In this document: piece after piece, positions 9,214-19,893 of the stretch
Layout of the letters: every line of letters begins with the position of its first letter
Position numbering within the stretch: the stretch's first letter is position 1
Source of the DNA: Bacteroidaceae bacterium
Lineage (GTDB): Bacteria; Bacteroidota; Bacteroidia; Bacteroidales; Bacteroidaceae
Direction: 5' to 3'
NCBI GenBank assembly: GCA_024398535.1
Contig: JAKSIY010000001.1
Location: forward strand, 805-64,804
Length of the DNA stretch: 64,000 nt
Made by a program: the position numbers and the translations under genes
Notes under the pieces: model-generated
Told to the model about the DNA's origin: nothing
The model's input: only the letters and a program-made list of their open reading frames with translations
Database searches by the model: none

Positions 9214-10041
9214 ATGAACATGAATAAAGGAGGTTACATAAAGAGGATTGAAATAAAATCCATGTGGGGACACAAGCACATAGTCTGGGATCTCAGACCT
9301 GATGTGAACATTCTGAGCGGTATGAACGGTGCCGGAAAGAGTACCATTCTGAACCTTTGCGTTGACCAGCTGGACCGAATAGAGGCTGGTCAGGAGGCCA
9401 ATTCACCGGACAACGGTGTCAACTTTGTCTTCTCTCCTGAGGGGGCAGAGTGTGTGTCGTATGACGTGATCCGCAGCATCGACCGTCCTCTCATGAACAG
9501 CAATCTGCTTGAGAAGATGTCTGACCGTAACGTGAAGTCGGAACTTGACTGGCAGTTGTATAAGCTGCAGCGCAGATATCTTGATTATCAGGTGAATATA
9601 GGTAACCGTACCATCAGCATGCTGACAAGCGGTGACCCCGCAAGGATGGCTCAGGCAGCCCAGGAGGCCATGCCAAAGGCGCGGTTCATGGATTATGTTG
9701 ATGAACTGTTCCATGACACCGGCAAGAAGATTGTCCGTGACAGCAATGAGATTGTCTTTGACCAGTTCGGTACAAGGCTTCTTCCGTATAGCCTCTCTTC
9801 CGGTGAGAAACAGCTGCTGGTTGTGCTTCTGACGGCACTGGTTCAGGACAACCAGCCCGGTGTCCTGCTCATGGACGAGCCTGAGATTTCTCTTCATGTA
9901 GAATGGCAGCAGCAGTTGCTGCGCCGTGTGCGTTCTATGAATCCGAACGTGCAGGTCATAATGACTACACATTCTCCTGCCGTCATAATGGATGGCTGGA
10001 TGGATGCGGTCGTTGATGTTGCAGATATTACCGTGGAATGA
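9214..10041 (+). CDS. Compact ABC-type (AAA_15/21-like) ATPase, AriA-like
   Basis: Walker A GMNGAGKST, ABC signature LSSGEKQLL, Walker B VLLMDEPEISLH, H-loop TTHSP. Start taken at MNMNKGGYIKRIEI (the ORF track starts at 9145). Confidence 0.8.
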   Translation: MNMNKGGYIKRIEIKSMWGHKHIVWDLRPDVNILSGMNGAGKSTILNLCVDQLDRIEAGQEANSPDNGVNFVFSPEGAECVSYDVIRSIDRPLMNSNLLEKMSDRNVKSELDWQLYKLQRRYLDYQVNIGNRTISMLTSGDPARMAQAAQEAMPKARFMDYVDELFHDTGKKIVRDSNEIVFDQFGTRLLPYSLSSGEKQLLVVLLTALVQDNQPGVLLMDEPEISLHVEWQQQLLRRVRSMNPNVQVIMTTHSPAVIMDGWMDAVVDVADITVE

Positions 10042-11081
10042 AGAGACTGGTTGACAACGTAACGTCTCAATATGTTGAGGCCATGAACCGCCTGCGTCCA
10101 AAAACGCAGAGACAACGCATTGTGGCCTATGTGGAAAGCTATGAGGATGTGGCTTTCTGGCGTCTGCTCCTGGATGAGTTCGAGTCAGACCGCTACTATT
10201 TCCAGATTATGCTGCCCAACGGAAAAAACTTGACACGCGGCAAGAAGTCTGCCCTGAATCATCTTCTGGAAGGCGATGGGCTGGGGCAGTACATGATAGC
10301 CTGTGTGGACAGCGATTACGACTATCTGATGCAGGGGTCAACGCAAACCTCTGCCATGATGCTCTCAAATCCATACGTCATTCAGACCTTTGCGTATGCA
10401 ATAGAGAATTACCAGTGCTATGCCGGAAGCCTGAACCAGGTCTGCGTGCAGGCTACCCTGAATGACCGTAGGCTTATTGACTTTGAGGCGTATCTGGAAC
10501 TCTATTCGCGTATTGCTTTCCCGTTGTTCGCATGGAATGTCCTGTTTTACAGGAAGAAACTGCATAATCAGTTCCCGATGCAGGAACTGGACCGATGCAT
10601 CCGCATAGAGCCTGTTGACTTCAGGATGCCGCAGCTTTCACTTGACAGGCTCCAGCTTAAGGTGACCCGCAAGATAGATTGGCTGGAGAGTAATTTCCCG
10701 GAGCTGAAGGCATCGGCCGAGGCCCTTATGCAGGAGCTTCCGGAACTGGGCGTGACAGAGGATGCCACCTATATGTATATACAGGGACACCATTTCATGG
10801 AGACTCTGATTTACCGTCTTCTTGATCCTGTCTGCACGGCTCTGAGACGTGAGCGCGAGATGGAAATCCAGCATCTGGCTCAGCATGAAGAGCAGCGCAA
10901 GAATGAACTCCGGGCATATGAGCACAGCCAGATTCCTATCCAGGAGGCTCTGGTAAAGAATACCCACTACAGGGACAGCGCTCCTTACCAGAGAATAAGG
11001 GAGCAGGTGCGCAGATTGGTGGAAAGTCTTGAAGGGGTGATTGTCAATGATGCTTCCAGAAACCAGGAGTCAGAAGGATAA
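10038..11081 (+). CDS. DUF4435/Toprim (OLD-family-like) protein, AriB-like
   Basis: 347 aa. Toprim-like acidic motifs VAYVESYEDVAFW and IACVDSDYDYL. ATGA start/stop overlap with the ATPase gene indicates translational coupling. Confidence 0.7.
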   Translation: MKRLVDNVTSQYVEAMNRLRPKTQRQRIVAYVESYEDVAFWRLLLDEFESDRYYFQIMLPNGKNLTRGKKSALNHLLEGDGLGQYMIACVDSDYDYLMQGSTQTSAMMLSNPYVIQTFAYAIENYQCYAGSLNQVCVQATLNDRRLIDFEAYLELYSRIAFPLFAWNVLFYRKKLHNQFPMQELDRCIRIEPVDFRMPQLSLDRLQLKVTRKIDWLESNFPELKASAEALMQELPELGVTEDATYMYIQGHHFMETLIYRLLDPVCTALRREREMEIQHLAQHEEQRKNELRAYEHSQIPIQEALVKNTHYRDSAPYQRIREQVRRLVESLEGVIVNDASRNQESEG

Positions 11082-12504
11082 GCACTGCAAAGATTTCAAG
11101 TCGTCCTATCAGCATCAGGGCAGCTGCCAGCCACTTTCCTACTACGGGGAGCACAGCCCATGAAATAGTCAGGCCCATTCCGCCTACGCCAAGTCCAACG
11201 TTGCAGACCGATGCCACTGCCGTGCCGTATGCCACATCCATGTCAAGTCCAAGTGCCATGAACAGAAGCCATGATACGAAGATGATTCCCACAAAGAACA
11301 TTGAGAATGACAGGATTGACTGCCTTGTTGATTGTGAGAGCACCTTTCCGTTCATGCGTACAGGAAGAATGGCGTTGGGGTGAAGTATTCGGTCAAATTC
11401 ATTGCGCATTATCTTTACCAGCACCAGTGAACGGACGCTTTTCATGGCACCGGTGGTGGAACCGGCACATGCGCCAAGGAACATGCAGAAGCCCAGAAGC
11501 ATCCAGAGGCTCTGTGGCCATAGGGTCAGGTCAGTAGTGACATATCCGGTGGTGGTGACCATTGAAATGACATGGAAGGCGGAGTGGCGCAGTGACTCCT
11601 CTATGCCGTAATCAGTTCTTGTAAACAGTCCTATGGCAATCGTTGCAATGAATATCAGGCAGGTGATGGCATACCATGCGAATTCCGTGTCATGGAGCAG
11701 GTTGCCGAACTTTCCCTTGAAAAGAGCCAGGTAAAGCAGGCTGAAGTTTATGCCTGACAGGAACATGAAAATCATGATGATGTACTCAGCCAGGGCAGAG
11801 TGTATTCCCTCAATACCGCCGTTGTGGGTGTAGCCTCCGCCGGTAGCAATGGTACACAGGGAATGGTTGATGCTGTCACACAGGCCCAGGCCGGAAACCT
11901 TCAGGGCAATTGTACAGGCAATGGTCAGTACGACATACACGGTGAGTATCCAGCGGCCACTGGTGCTTATCCTTGGGTGCAGTTTTGCGCGGGTAGGGCC
12001 AACCGCCTCGGCGGCGAACAACTGTACGTCACCCACTCCGAAGATAGGGAGTACAACTACCGTGAAGAATACGATTCCCAGTCCGCCTATCCATTCTGTG
12101 AAACTGCGCCAGAAGAGCAGTCCGTGTGGCAGGCTGTCCATGTCCGGGATTACCGATGCTCCTGTGGTGGTAAAACCTGACAGTGTCTCAAAGAAGGCAT
12201 CGGTAAAGTTTGTGAGAGTCCCGCTCAGCATGAACGGAAGTGCTCCGAACAGAGAGAACATTATCCAGCTGAGTGACACCACTACATAGCCGTCACGCCT
12301 TGAGACCATGTTCTCTTTGCCTTTCTTCTTTCCCAAAGTCACCAGGATCATGCCGGCACATGCCGTTGCAAGCGCCGATGCAAGAAATGCAAAGAAGTCT
12401 GTCTCTTTCAGAACAAGAGGTATGGCAGAACAGCCCAGAAGTATCAGTGCTTCAATCAGCAGCAGTGCTCCTATAATTCTTTCTATGGACCTGAAGTGAA
12501 TCAA
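11044..12504 (-). CDS. trkH: TrkH family potassium uptake protein
   Basis: 486 aa multi-TM protein with TrkH/KtrB selectivity-filter-like GFTTTGAS and TTTGY motifs. 4-bp overlap with trkA. Confidence 0.9.
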   Translation of the reverse strand: MIHFRSIERIIGALLLIEALILLGCSAIPLVLKETDFFAFLASALATACAGMILVTLGKKKGKENMVSRRDGYVVVSLSWIMFSLFGALPFMLSGTLTNFTDAFFETLSGFTTTGASVIPDMDSLPHGLLFWRSFTEWIGGLGIVFFTVVVLPIFGVGDVQLFAAEAVGPTRAKLHPRISTSGRWILTVYVVLTIACTIALKVSGLGLCDSINHSLCTIATGGGYTHNGGIEGIHSALAEYIIMIFMFLSGINFSLLYLALFKGKFGNLLHDTEFAWYAITCLIFIATIAIGLFTRTDYGIEESLRHSAFHVISMVTTTGYVTTDLTLWPQSLWMLLGFCMFLGACAGSTTGAMKSVRSLVLVKIMRNEFDRILHPNAILPVRMNGKVLSQSTRQSILSFSMFFVGIIFVSWLLFMALGLDMDVAYGTAVASVCNVGLGVGGMGLTISWAVLPVVGKWLAAALMLIGRLEIFAVLILLTPGFWKHH

Positions 12505-13838
12505 TTGAAGTATTTTTCAAGTTTCTTAATCATACCCTCAAGACAGAATACAACCACGTGGTCGTTCGGTTCAATCTGGGTGTCACCGTTTACCAGTATG
12601 GCCTGGTTGTTCCTGATGAGTCCGCCTATGGTGGCTCCGTGTGGTAGTGAAAGCTCCTTCACGATGCCGCGTGTTACCCTGGCGCCCTCCTTGACATTGA
12701 ATTCCGCAACGTCGGCGCTGGCAAACGTAAGGCATTTCACGTTGCTGACATCTGCATCGAGCATCATCTGGTAGATGTGGCTTGCGGCAATCTTCTTCTT
12801 GTTGATGACAAAGCCAATGTCAAGTTTCTCTGCCATGGTTATGTAGTCAATGTTCTCAACCTCGGCTATGGTCTTTGACACTCCAAAGCGTTTTGCGGCA
12901 AGGCATGCCAGGATGTTGGTCTCTGAACTGTCAGTCAATGCCACGAATGCTTCAGTGTGGTCTATGCCTTCACTTATGAGCAGGTTAGGGTCACGGCCGT
13001 CACCGTTTATAATCATGACGCCCGATGGGACGCGCTCCGTAAGCCAGTGGCATCGGTCAAGGTCCTGCTCTATGATTTTCAGGTTCACGTTGTCAGGCAG
13101 CAGCTGGGCTGCACGTACTGCAATGCGGCTTCCTCCCATGATTATGACGTCACGCACTTCAGGAAGGTCCTGTTTGCCGGCAATTTTCCTGATGGTGGAA
13201 ATGTCCTTCTTCATGGTCATAAAATAGACCAGGTCACCGGGATAGATCATGTCTGAACCACCTGGAATGATGGTCTCGTTGTCACGCATTATGGCAACTA
13301 TGTGGTATGAGAGATTAGTGCCCAGAGTATAGATAGGGGTGTTGATTATCTCTGCGTTTTCTCTGACCTTGACGCCCATCATGACCAGGGCGCCGTCAGC
13401 GAATTCCCACCATTGCCTTATCCAGCTGATCTTTGTTCCTGCAACAATCTCCTTGGCAGCCAGAAGCTCCGGGTAGATGAGCGAGTTGACACCCAGGCTG
13501 GTAAAGAACTCCTTGTTCTCTGGCAACGTGTATTCGTAGTTGTCAACGCGTGCCAAGGTCTTCCGGGCTCCCAGCTTGTGGGCCAGCTGGCATGAGATCA
13601 GGTTCCTGCTCTCGTCTGGAGTGACCGCTACGAACAGGTCTGCCTTTGCGGCACCGGCATCCTTCAGGTCCTTTATTGAGGTAGGCGATGCTACGGCCGT
13701 GAGCAGGTCAAAGTTTGAGTCCAGACTGCTCAGGCGATCCTCTTTCTCATCAATCAGGATGATGTCCTGGTCTTCTCCTGACAGGAGTTTTGCAAGGTGG
13801 GTTCCAACCTCACCGGCACCGGCAATGACTATTCTCAT
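12501..13838 (-). CDS. trkA: Trk system potassium uptake protein TrkA (two RCK/NAD-binding domains)
   Basis: 445 aa. [16 protein letters not shown] Rossmann motif and a second IIMGGSRIA motif. Confidence 0.9.
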   Translation of the reverse strand: MRIVIAGAGEVGTHLAKLLSGEDQDIILIDEKEDRLSSLDSNFDLLTAVASPTSIKDLKDAGAAKADLFVAVTPDESRNLISCQLAHKLGARKTLARVDNYEYTLPENKEFFTSLGVNSLIYPELLAAKEIVAGTKISWIRQWWEFADGALVMMGVKVRENAEIINTPIYTLGTNLSYHIVAIMRDNETIIPGGSDMIYPGDLVYFMTMKKDISTIRKIAGKQDLPEVRDVIIMGGSRIAVRAAQLLPDNVNLKIIEQDLDRCHWLTERVPSGVMIINGDGRDPNLLISEGIDHTEAFVALTDSSETNILACLAAKRFGVSKTIAEVENIDYITMAEKLDIGFVINKKKIAASHIYQMMLDADVSNVKCLTFASADVAEFNVKEGARVTRGIVKELSLPHGATIGGLIRNNQAILVNGDTQIEPNDHVVVFCLEGMIKKLEKYFN

Positions 13839-15775
13839 AAAGCTGTCATTTTTTCTATGTTCTCAAGAATGGCCTCCTTGTCAAGATGACACAGGTCAAG
13901 AAGCTGAGGTATTGAGCCGTGCTCGACGAATGTGTCCGGCAGGCCCATGCGTTCTATCTGCGGAGTATATCCGTTGTCGGACATGAACTCGGTGACGGCA
14001 CTGCCAAAACCTCCTGCAAGTGCGCCGTTCTCAAGTGTTATGATCTTACTGAAGTTCTTTGCTGCTTCATGAAGGATTTCTGTGTCCAGAGGCTTCAGGA
14101 ACCTCATGTCATAGAGCGCTATGCTGGTTTCTGGATGCTTTGCCTCAAATTCGGAGATGGCCTCTTCTGCCAGATTTCCGATAGGTCCCAGTACCAGAAT
14201 TGCCAGGTCCTTTCCTTCCTTTATGGTGCGTCCCTTGCCTACGACAACAGGCTCCATCGGGGTCTTCCACTCCGGCTGCACGCCGCGTCCGCGTGGGTAG
14301 CGTATCACGAACGGTCCCTGGTCCGGAAGCTGGGCTGTGTACATGAGGTTACGCAACTCTGACTCGTTGTAGGGCGATGCTATGGTCAGGTTTGGTATTG
14401 GCCTTAGGAATGACAGGTCAAATGCACCGTGGTGCGTAGGTCCGTCTTCACCCACTATGCCCGCACGGTCCAGACAGAATACCACGTTCAGTTTCTGGAT
14501 TGCCACGTCGTGTATGATGTTGTCATACGCTCTCTGGGCAAATGATGAATATATGTTGCAGAACGGTGTCATTCCCTCTTTTGCAAGTCCGCCTGAGAAG
14601 GTAACGGCATGTCCTTCTGCAATGCCTACGTCAAAGCATCGGTCAGGGAACTCCTTCATGGCAATGTTCATGGAGCATCCGGTAGGCATGGCTGGAGTGA
14701 TTCCTATAATAGAAGGATTCTGTGCCATGAGCTCGGTGAGCGTGTGGCCGAATACGTCCTGGAAGAGCGGTGGCTGGCCTGTAGTGTCCTTTACCAGACG
14801 CTCTCCTGTAATCTTGTCAAACAGACCGGGAGCATGCCAGACTTCAGCCTCCTTTTCAGCCGGTCCGTAGCCTTTTCCCTTTACGGTCTTTATGTGCAGC
14901 AGCTTTGGGCCGTGCATGTCCTTGATGTTGCTCAGGACGCGGGTCAGCTCCTGGACGTCATGTCCGTCAATCGGGCCAAAGTAGCGTATGTCCATGCCTT
15001 CAAAGATGTTCTGCTGCTTGCTCAGCCGCATCTTAAGGCGGTTGTTGTTGCGTATTATCTTGCGCCTGCGTGCTTCTGTCATGAATCCTGTCTTGTACAT
15101 TATGCGTGACAGGTAATATCTGAAGGTGTTGTATGGCCGTGATGTCTGCAGGCGGGTCAGGTAGCTGCGCATTCCACCCACGCTCTGCGATATGCTCATG
15201 GCGTTGTCATTCAGAATAATCAGCAGGTCATTGTCTGTTGCCGATGCATTGTTGAGCCCCTCAAAAGCCAGTCCGCCGCTCATTGCGCCGTCGCCGATGA
15301 CTGCCACGACCCTGCGCTCTGGGTGCCCGTTCTTCTTGTTGGCTACCGCCATGCCCAGTGCTGCAGAGATTGAGTTCGATGCGTGTCCGGCAGTGAATGT
15401 GTCGTAGGGACTCTCTTCCGGTGATGGGAAAGGCTTGAGACCCTTGAATTTTCTGTTTGTACCGAATGCCTCCCTGCGTCCCGTAAGTATCTTGTGGGCG
15501 TATGCCTGATGCCCCACGTCCCAAACTATGCGGTCTTCCGGGGTGTTGAATGTATAGTGCAGTGCTACTGTTAGTTCAATGGCTCCAAGGCTTGATGCAA
15601 AGTGTCCCGGGTTGCGTGACAGCTCTTCAATGATGAACTGACGCAGCTCATTGCAGACCTGTGGAAGCTGTGATACGCTGAGCTGTCTCAGGTCTGAAGG
15701 GAATTTGATATTGTTTAATTTTTCAGTCAAGTCTATGTTGTTTATAAACATGCAAAAATAATACTTTTTGCTCAT
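13835..15775 (-). CDS. dxs: 1-deoxy-D-xylulose-5-phosphate synthase
   Basis: 646 aa. [49 protein letters not shown]. The true start may be the downstream Met (MFINN...). Confidence 0.9.
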   Translation of the reverse strand: MSKKYYFCMFINNIDLTEKLNNIKFPSDLRQLSVSQLPQVCNELRQFIIEELSRNPGHFASSLGAIELTVALHYTFNTPEDRIVWDVGHQAYAHKILTGRREAFGTNRKFKGLKPFPSPEESPYDTFTAGHASNSISAALGMAVANKKNGHPERRVVAVIGDGAMSGGLAFEGLNNASATDNDLLIILNDNAMSISQSVGGMRSYLTRLQTSRPYNTFRYYLSRIMYKTGFMTEARRRKIIRNNNRLKMRLSKQQNIFEGMDIRYFGPIDGHDVQELTRVLSNIKDMHGPKLLHIKTVKGKGYGPAEKEAEVWHAPGLFDKITGERLVKDTTGQPPLFQDVFGHTLTELMAQNPSIIGITPAMPTGCSMNIAMKEFPDRCFDVGIAEGHAVTFSGGLAKEGMTPFCNIYSSFAQRAYDNIIHDVAIQKLNVVFCLDRAGIVGEDGPTHHGAFDLSFLRPIPNLTIASPYNESELRNLMYTAQLPDQGPFVIRYPRGRGVQPEWKTPMEPVVVGKGRTIKEGKDLAILVLGPIGNLAEEAISEFEAKHPETSIALYDMRFLKPLDTEILHEAAKNFSKIITLENGALAGGFGSAVTEFMSDNGYTPQIERMGLPDTFVEHGSIPQLLDLCHLDKEAILENIEKMTAL

Positions 15776-15833
15776 GTGCCTTGCTCCTTACGGGAAAAAG
15801 AACGTACTTTGCCTTAGAAAAAGGATAAATTGA

Positions 15834-18299
15834 ATGACCTACACAATTGAAGATATTTCCAAGGTGATAGGGGCAACCAGGTATGGCCTCTGTCCTGCAG
15901 ATATAAGCTGGCTTCTGACAGACAGCCGTTCTCTCTGTTTTCCGAAAGAGACAATTTTCTTTGCCCTGAAAGGACGTCAGGATGGGCATGGCTACATCCG
16001 TGAACTGTATGACCGCGGAGTGCGCAACTTTGTGGTCAGCTATCTTCCTGACAGGATGGAGGATTATCAGGATTCGAACTTCCTGGTGGTCAGGAATACC
16101 AGGGATGCTCTCCAGAAATTGGCAGAATCCCATAGGAAAAACTTTGACATTCCGGTGGTCGGCATCACCGGTAGCAACGGTAAGACCGTCATAAAGGAGT
16201 GGCTGTATCAGCTGCTTGAGCCGGACCGTGCCGTGCCACGCTCGCCAAGGAGCCACAATTCCCAGATAGGCGTCCCTCTGTCAGGCTGGCTGCTCAACAG
16301 GCAGCCACAGCTGGGGATCTTTGAAGCCGGTATCTCAGAGCCTAATGAGATGCTTCCTCTTTGGAAAATGATCCGTCCTACCATTGGAATCCTTACTAAC
16401 ATAGGTCAGGCGCATCAGGGCAACTTCTCTTCGCTGCAGGAGAAATGTATTGAGAAGCTGAAGCTTTTCCAGGACTGTGACGTAGTGATTTATGACGGAG
16501 ACAACGAACTGATACAGGACTGCGTGAACAAGACTGTAGTCTCTGCCCGAGAAATTGCGTGGTCAAAGAAAAATCCTGAAAAACCTCTGTTCATATCAAG
16601 CATCGTCAAGATGTCTGACCATACTGTCGTTAAGTACAGGTACATTGGCCTTGAGGGACAGTATTCCATACCGTTTATTGACGAGGCATCTGTAGAGAAT
16701 TCCCTGCATTGCCTGGCCGTGTGCATCTATCTGCTCATGGATCCGGCTGTGATTGCTGAGAGGATGGCTATGCTGGAGCCTCTTGCCATGAGGCTTGAGG
16801 TCAAGGAGGGAAAGAAGGGCTGCATGATCATCAATGACAGCTACAATTCGGACATATCCTCACTTGATATTGCACTTGATTTCATGGCGCGCCGTACTGA
16901 TGACCGCATCCGTACCCGCACGCTGATTCTGTCAGACATACTGCAGACCGGCTTTACCGCCAAAGCGCTGTACCGGAAGATCAATCAACTGATAGAGAGC
17001 CGTGGAATAAGTAAGTTCATAGGCATCGGCCGTGAGATTAGCTCCGTGCCCAAGGTCTTCAATATTGACAACAAGCAGTTCTTTGAGACGACTGAGGAGT
17101 TCCTGAAATCAGAGGCGTTCGATGCTCTTCACAACGAACTGATTCTGGTGAAGGGTGCCAGGAAGTTCAACTTTGACCAGATTACAGACCGGCTGGAACT
17201 CAAGGTCCATGAGACCATCCTTGAAGTGAACATGCATGCCGTCGTTGATAATCTGAACCGTTATCGCAGCATGCTCAGCCCGGGCACGCGTATTGTCTGC
17301 ATGGTGAAGGCATCGGCATACGGTTCCGGAGCAATAGAGGTTGCCAGGACTCTGCAGGACCAGAAGGTTGACTATTTGGCAGTGGCAGTGGCCGACGAAG
17401 GATGGGAGCTGCGTCGTGCCGGCATCAGCACGAACATCATGGTGATGAATCCTGAGAGGACCTCTTTCAAGACTCTGTTTGACCATAAGTTGGAACCTGA
17501 GATTTACAGTTTCCACCTGCTTGAGGAGATTATCCGCGCTGCGGAGCATGAAGGAATAACTAATTTCCCAGTGCATATAAAGATTGATACGGGTATGCAC
17601 AGACTGGGGTTTGCTCCTGAGGATGTGCCGGAACTCATACAGCGCCTGCAGAGGCAGACTGCGGTGATTGCCCGTTCCATATTCACTCATTTTGTGGGCA
17701 GTGACAGCAATCAGTTTGACGAATTCTCTGCCCTGCAGATAGAACGGTTTGACAAGGCTGCCGGCGAACTGCGCTCGGCTTTCCGCCACAAGATAATGCG
17801 TCATATCTGCAACTCTTCTGCCATAGAGAGATTCCCTGACAGGCACTATGAGATGGTGCGTCTGGGCCTGGGCCTGTATGGCATAAATCCACTTGACAAC
17901 CAGCCGCTTGAAACAGCGCTGACCCTGAAGACTACAATCCTTCAGATACGAAACCTTGAGCCGGGCGAGACTGTGGGCTACAGCCGCCGCGGTGTCATAG
18001 AAAGACCGTCTAGGATTGCCGCCATACCGATTGGCTATGCCGATGGTCTGGACCGTCATCTGGGTAACGGCAATGGCTATTGTCTGGTGAATGGAAAGAG
18101 GGCACCGTACGTGGGGAATATATGCATGGACGTGTGTATGATAGATGTCACGGACATTCCATGCCGCGAGGGCGATGCGGTTGAGATTTTTGGCCCGAAT
18201 CTGCCTGTGCATGAGCTGTCTGACAGGCTGGATACCATTCCGTACGAGATTATTTCAACTATATCCACCAGAGTCAAGAGGGTGTATTATTCAGAATAG
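15834..18299 (+). CDS. Bifunctional UDP-MurNAc-tripeptide--D-Ala-D-Ala ligase (MurF) / alanine racemase (Alr)
   Basis: 821 aa. N-terminal Mur ligase (GITGSNGKT). C-terminal PLP alanine racemase (VKASAYGSG, ...GYADG...). Confidence 0.9.
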   Translation: MTYTIEDISKVIGATRYGLCPADISWLLTDSRSLCFPKETIFFALKGRQDGHGYIRELYDRGVRNFVVSYLPDRMEDYQDSNFLVVRNTRDALQKLAESHRKNFDIPVVGITGSNGKTVIKEWLYQLLEPDRAVPRSPRSHNSQIGVPLSGWLLNRQPQLGIFEAGISEPNEMLPLWKMIRPTIGILTNIGQAHQGNFSSLQEKCIEKLKLFQDCDVVIYDGDNELIQDCVNKTVVSAREIAWSKKNPEKPLFISSIVKMSDHTVVKYRYIGLEGQYSIPFIDEASVENSLHCLAVCIYLLMDPAVIAERMAMLEPLAMRLEVKEGKKGCMIINDSYNSDISSLDIALDFMARRTDDRIRTRTLILSDILQTGFTAKALYRKINQLIESRGISKFIGIGREISSVPKVFNIDNKQFFETTEEFLKSEAFDALHNELILVKGARKFNFDQITDRLELKVHETILEVNMHAVVDNLNRYRSMLSPGTRIVCMVKASAYGSGAIEVARTLQDQKVDYLAVAVADEGWELRRAGISTNIMVMNPERTSFKTLFDHKLEPEIYSFHLLEEIIRAAEHEGITNFPVHIKIDTGMHRLGFAPEDVPELIQRLQRQTAVIARSIFTHFVGSDSNQFDEFSALQIERFDKAAGELRSAFRHKIMRHICNSSAIERFPDRHYEMVRLGLGLYGINPLDNQPLETALTLKTTILQIRNLEPGETVGYSRRGVIERPSRIAAIPIGYADGLDRHLGNGNGYCLVNGKRAPYVGNICMDVCMIDVTDIPCREGDAVEIFGPNLPVHELSDRLDTIPYEIISTISTRVKRVYYSE

Positions 18300-18375
18300 T
18301 TGCCTGCTTTTGCCATTGTGCGTAAAAATGACTATATTTGAACCATTATTACGACAATGACAAAAGAGTAACTAT

Positions 18376-19842
18376 ATGAGTACAGAAACAGGAAAGTCAC
18401 GCATGACCAATTTCAGATGGGTCATGTGTGCAATGCTTTTTTTTGCGACTACGGTCAACTACATGGACCGTCAGGTGTTATCATTGACCTGGAAGGATTT
18501 CATCGCTCTGGATTTCCACTGGTCAGACAATGACTATGGCAACATCACATCGACGTTCTCAATCTTCTATGCTTTCATATCGCTGTTTGCGGGAAAGTTC
18601 ATAGATTTCATGGGAACAAAGAAGGGCTATGTCTGGGCAATCATCCTCTGGAGTATCGGCGCCTGCCTGCATGCTTTCTGCGGCATGGTGACAATGAACT
18701 TCCTGGGAATTGCAGATGTTGAGGCTCTGCGCGCAGTGACTGCAGGCTCTGATCTGGCACTTGCAATCTCAACCATGTCTGTATGGCTTTTCCTCTCTTG
18801 CCGTATCATTCTGGCCACTGGTGAGGCCGGAAACTTCCCTGCTGCAATCAAGGTTACAGCTGAGTATTTCCCAAAAAAGGACCGCGCTTTTGCCACTTCA
18901 ATCTTCAACGCCGGTGCCAGTGTGGGTGCTTTGGCTGCCCCTCTGACAATTCCTCTTCTGGCAAAGGCATTCGGCTGGGAGATGGCATTCATAATCATCG
19001 GTGCCCTTGGTTTTATCTGGGCCGGTTTCTGGGCTGTCCTTTATAACAAGCCTTCTGAGAGCAAGTTCGTGAACAAGGCAGAGCTTGACTATATCCAGTC
19101 CGATGCCAATGCGCCTGCCCAGGAGGAGAAGAAGGATGATTCACGCCAGCAGGCAAATGACAACCTGAAGCTTAGGTTCATTGACTGTTTCAAGTATCGT
19201 CAAACATGGGCTTTCATTGTAGGCAAGTTCATGACGGACGGTGTATGGTGGTTCTTCCTGTTCTGGGCTCCTGCATACTTCTCGGAGCTGGGCTACCCTA
19301 CAACTACCGCTACAGGTCAGATGCTTATCTTTGTGCTCTACCTGATTGTTACCGTAGTATCAATCTACGGTGGCTACCTGCCAAAGCTCTTTGTTGAGAA
19401 GAAGGGCATGGAACCATATGCAGGCCGTATGCGCGCCATGCTGATGTTTGCCTTCCTGCCGATATTTGCAATGTTTGCCCAGCCGCTGGCACATATCTCG
19501 CCATGGATTCCATGCGTGATCATCGGTCTTGCAGGCGCCGGTCATCAGGCCTGGTCTGCCAACCTGTACTCAACCATCGGTGACATGTTCCCAAAGAGCG
19601 CCATTGCTACCATCACGGGCATCGGCACAATGTTCGGCGGTCTCTGTTCATTTGCAATCAACAAGTGCTCGGGAATGCTCTTCACCTATGCTGAGGGCAA
19701 GGGCGATGCATTCCAGTTCTTTGGTGTTGCCGGAAAGCCTGCCGGTTACATGATTGTGTTCTGCTACTGTGCAGTTGCATATCTAATTGCCTGGACAATC
19801 ATGAGAACCCTGGTTCCAAAGTACAAGCCAATCACCGAATAA
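18376..19842 (+). CDS. MFS transporter (ACS/hexuronate-transporter-like)
   Basis: 488 aa, 12 predicted TM segments, N-terminal NYMDRQVLS motif typical of ExuT-like MFS proteins. Confidence 0.8.
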   Translation: MSTETGKSRMTNFRWVMCAMLFFATTVNYMDRQVLSLTWKDFIALDFHWSDNDYGNITSTFSIFYAFISLFAGKFIDFMGTKKGYVWAIILWSIGACLHAFCGMVTMNFLGIADVEALRAVTAGSDLALAISTMSVWLFLSCRIILATGEAGNFPAAIKVTAEYFPKKDRAFATSIFNAGASVGALAAPLTIPLLAKAFGWEMAFIIIGALGFIWAGFWAVLYNKPSESKFVNKAELDYIQSDANAPAQEEKKDDSRQQANDNLKLRFIDCFKYRQTWAFIVGKFMTDGVWWFFLFWAPAYFSELGYPTTTATGQMLIFVLYLIVTVVSIYGGYLPKLFVEKKGMEPYAGRMRAMLMFAFLPIFAMFAQPLAHISPWIPCVIIGLAGAGHQAWSANLYSTIGDMFPKSAIATITGIGTMFGGLCSFAINKCSGMLFTYAEGKGDAFQFFGVAGKPAGYMIVFCYCAVAYLIAWTIMRTLVPKYKPITE

Positions 19843-19845
19843 CCC

Positions 19846-19883
19846 ATAACTCACAACTCATAACTCATAACTCACAACTAACC
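19846..19883. repeat. Heptamer microsatellite (YAACTCA x ~5) in the MFS-AKR intergenic spacer
   Basis: ataactcacaactcataactcataactcacaactaacc, read directly. Confidence 0.7.
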
Positions 19884-19893
19884 AAATCATACT

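Noticed and set aside
17109-18212. 367-aa minus-strand ORF.
   Set aside because: It is entirely antisense to the well-supported murF-alr gene, has His/Arg/Cys-rich composition and no recognisable motifs.
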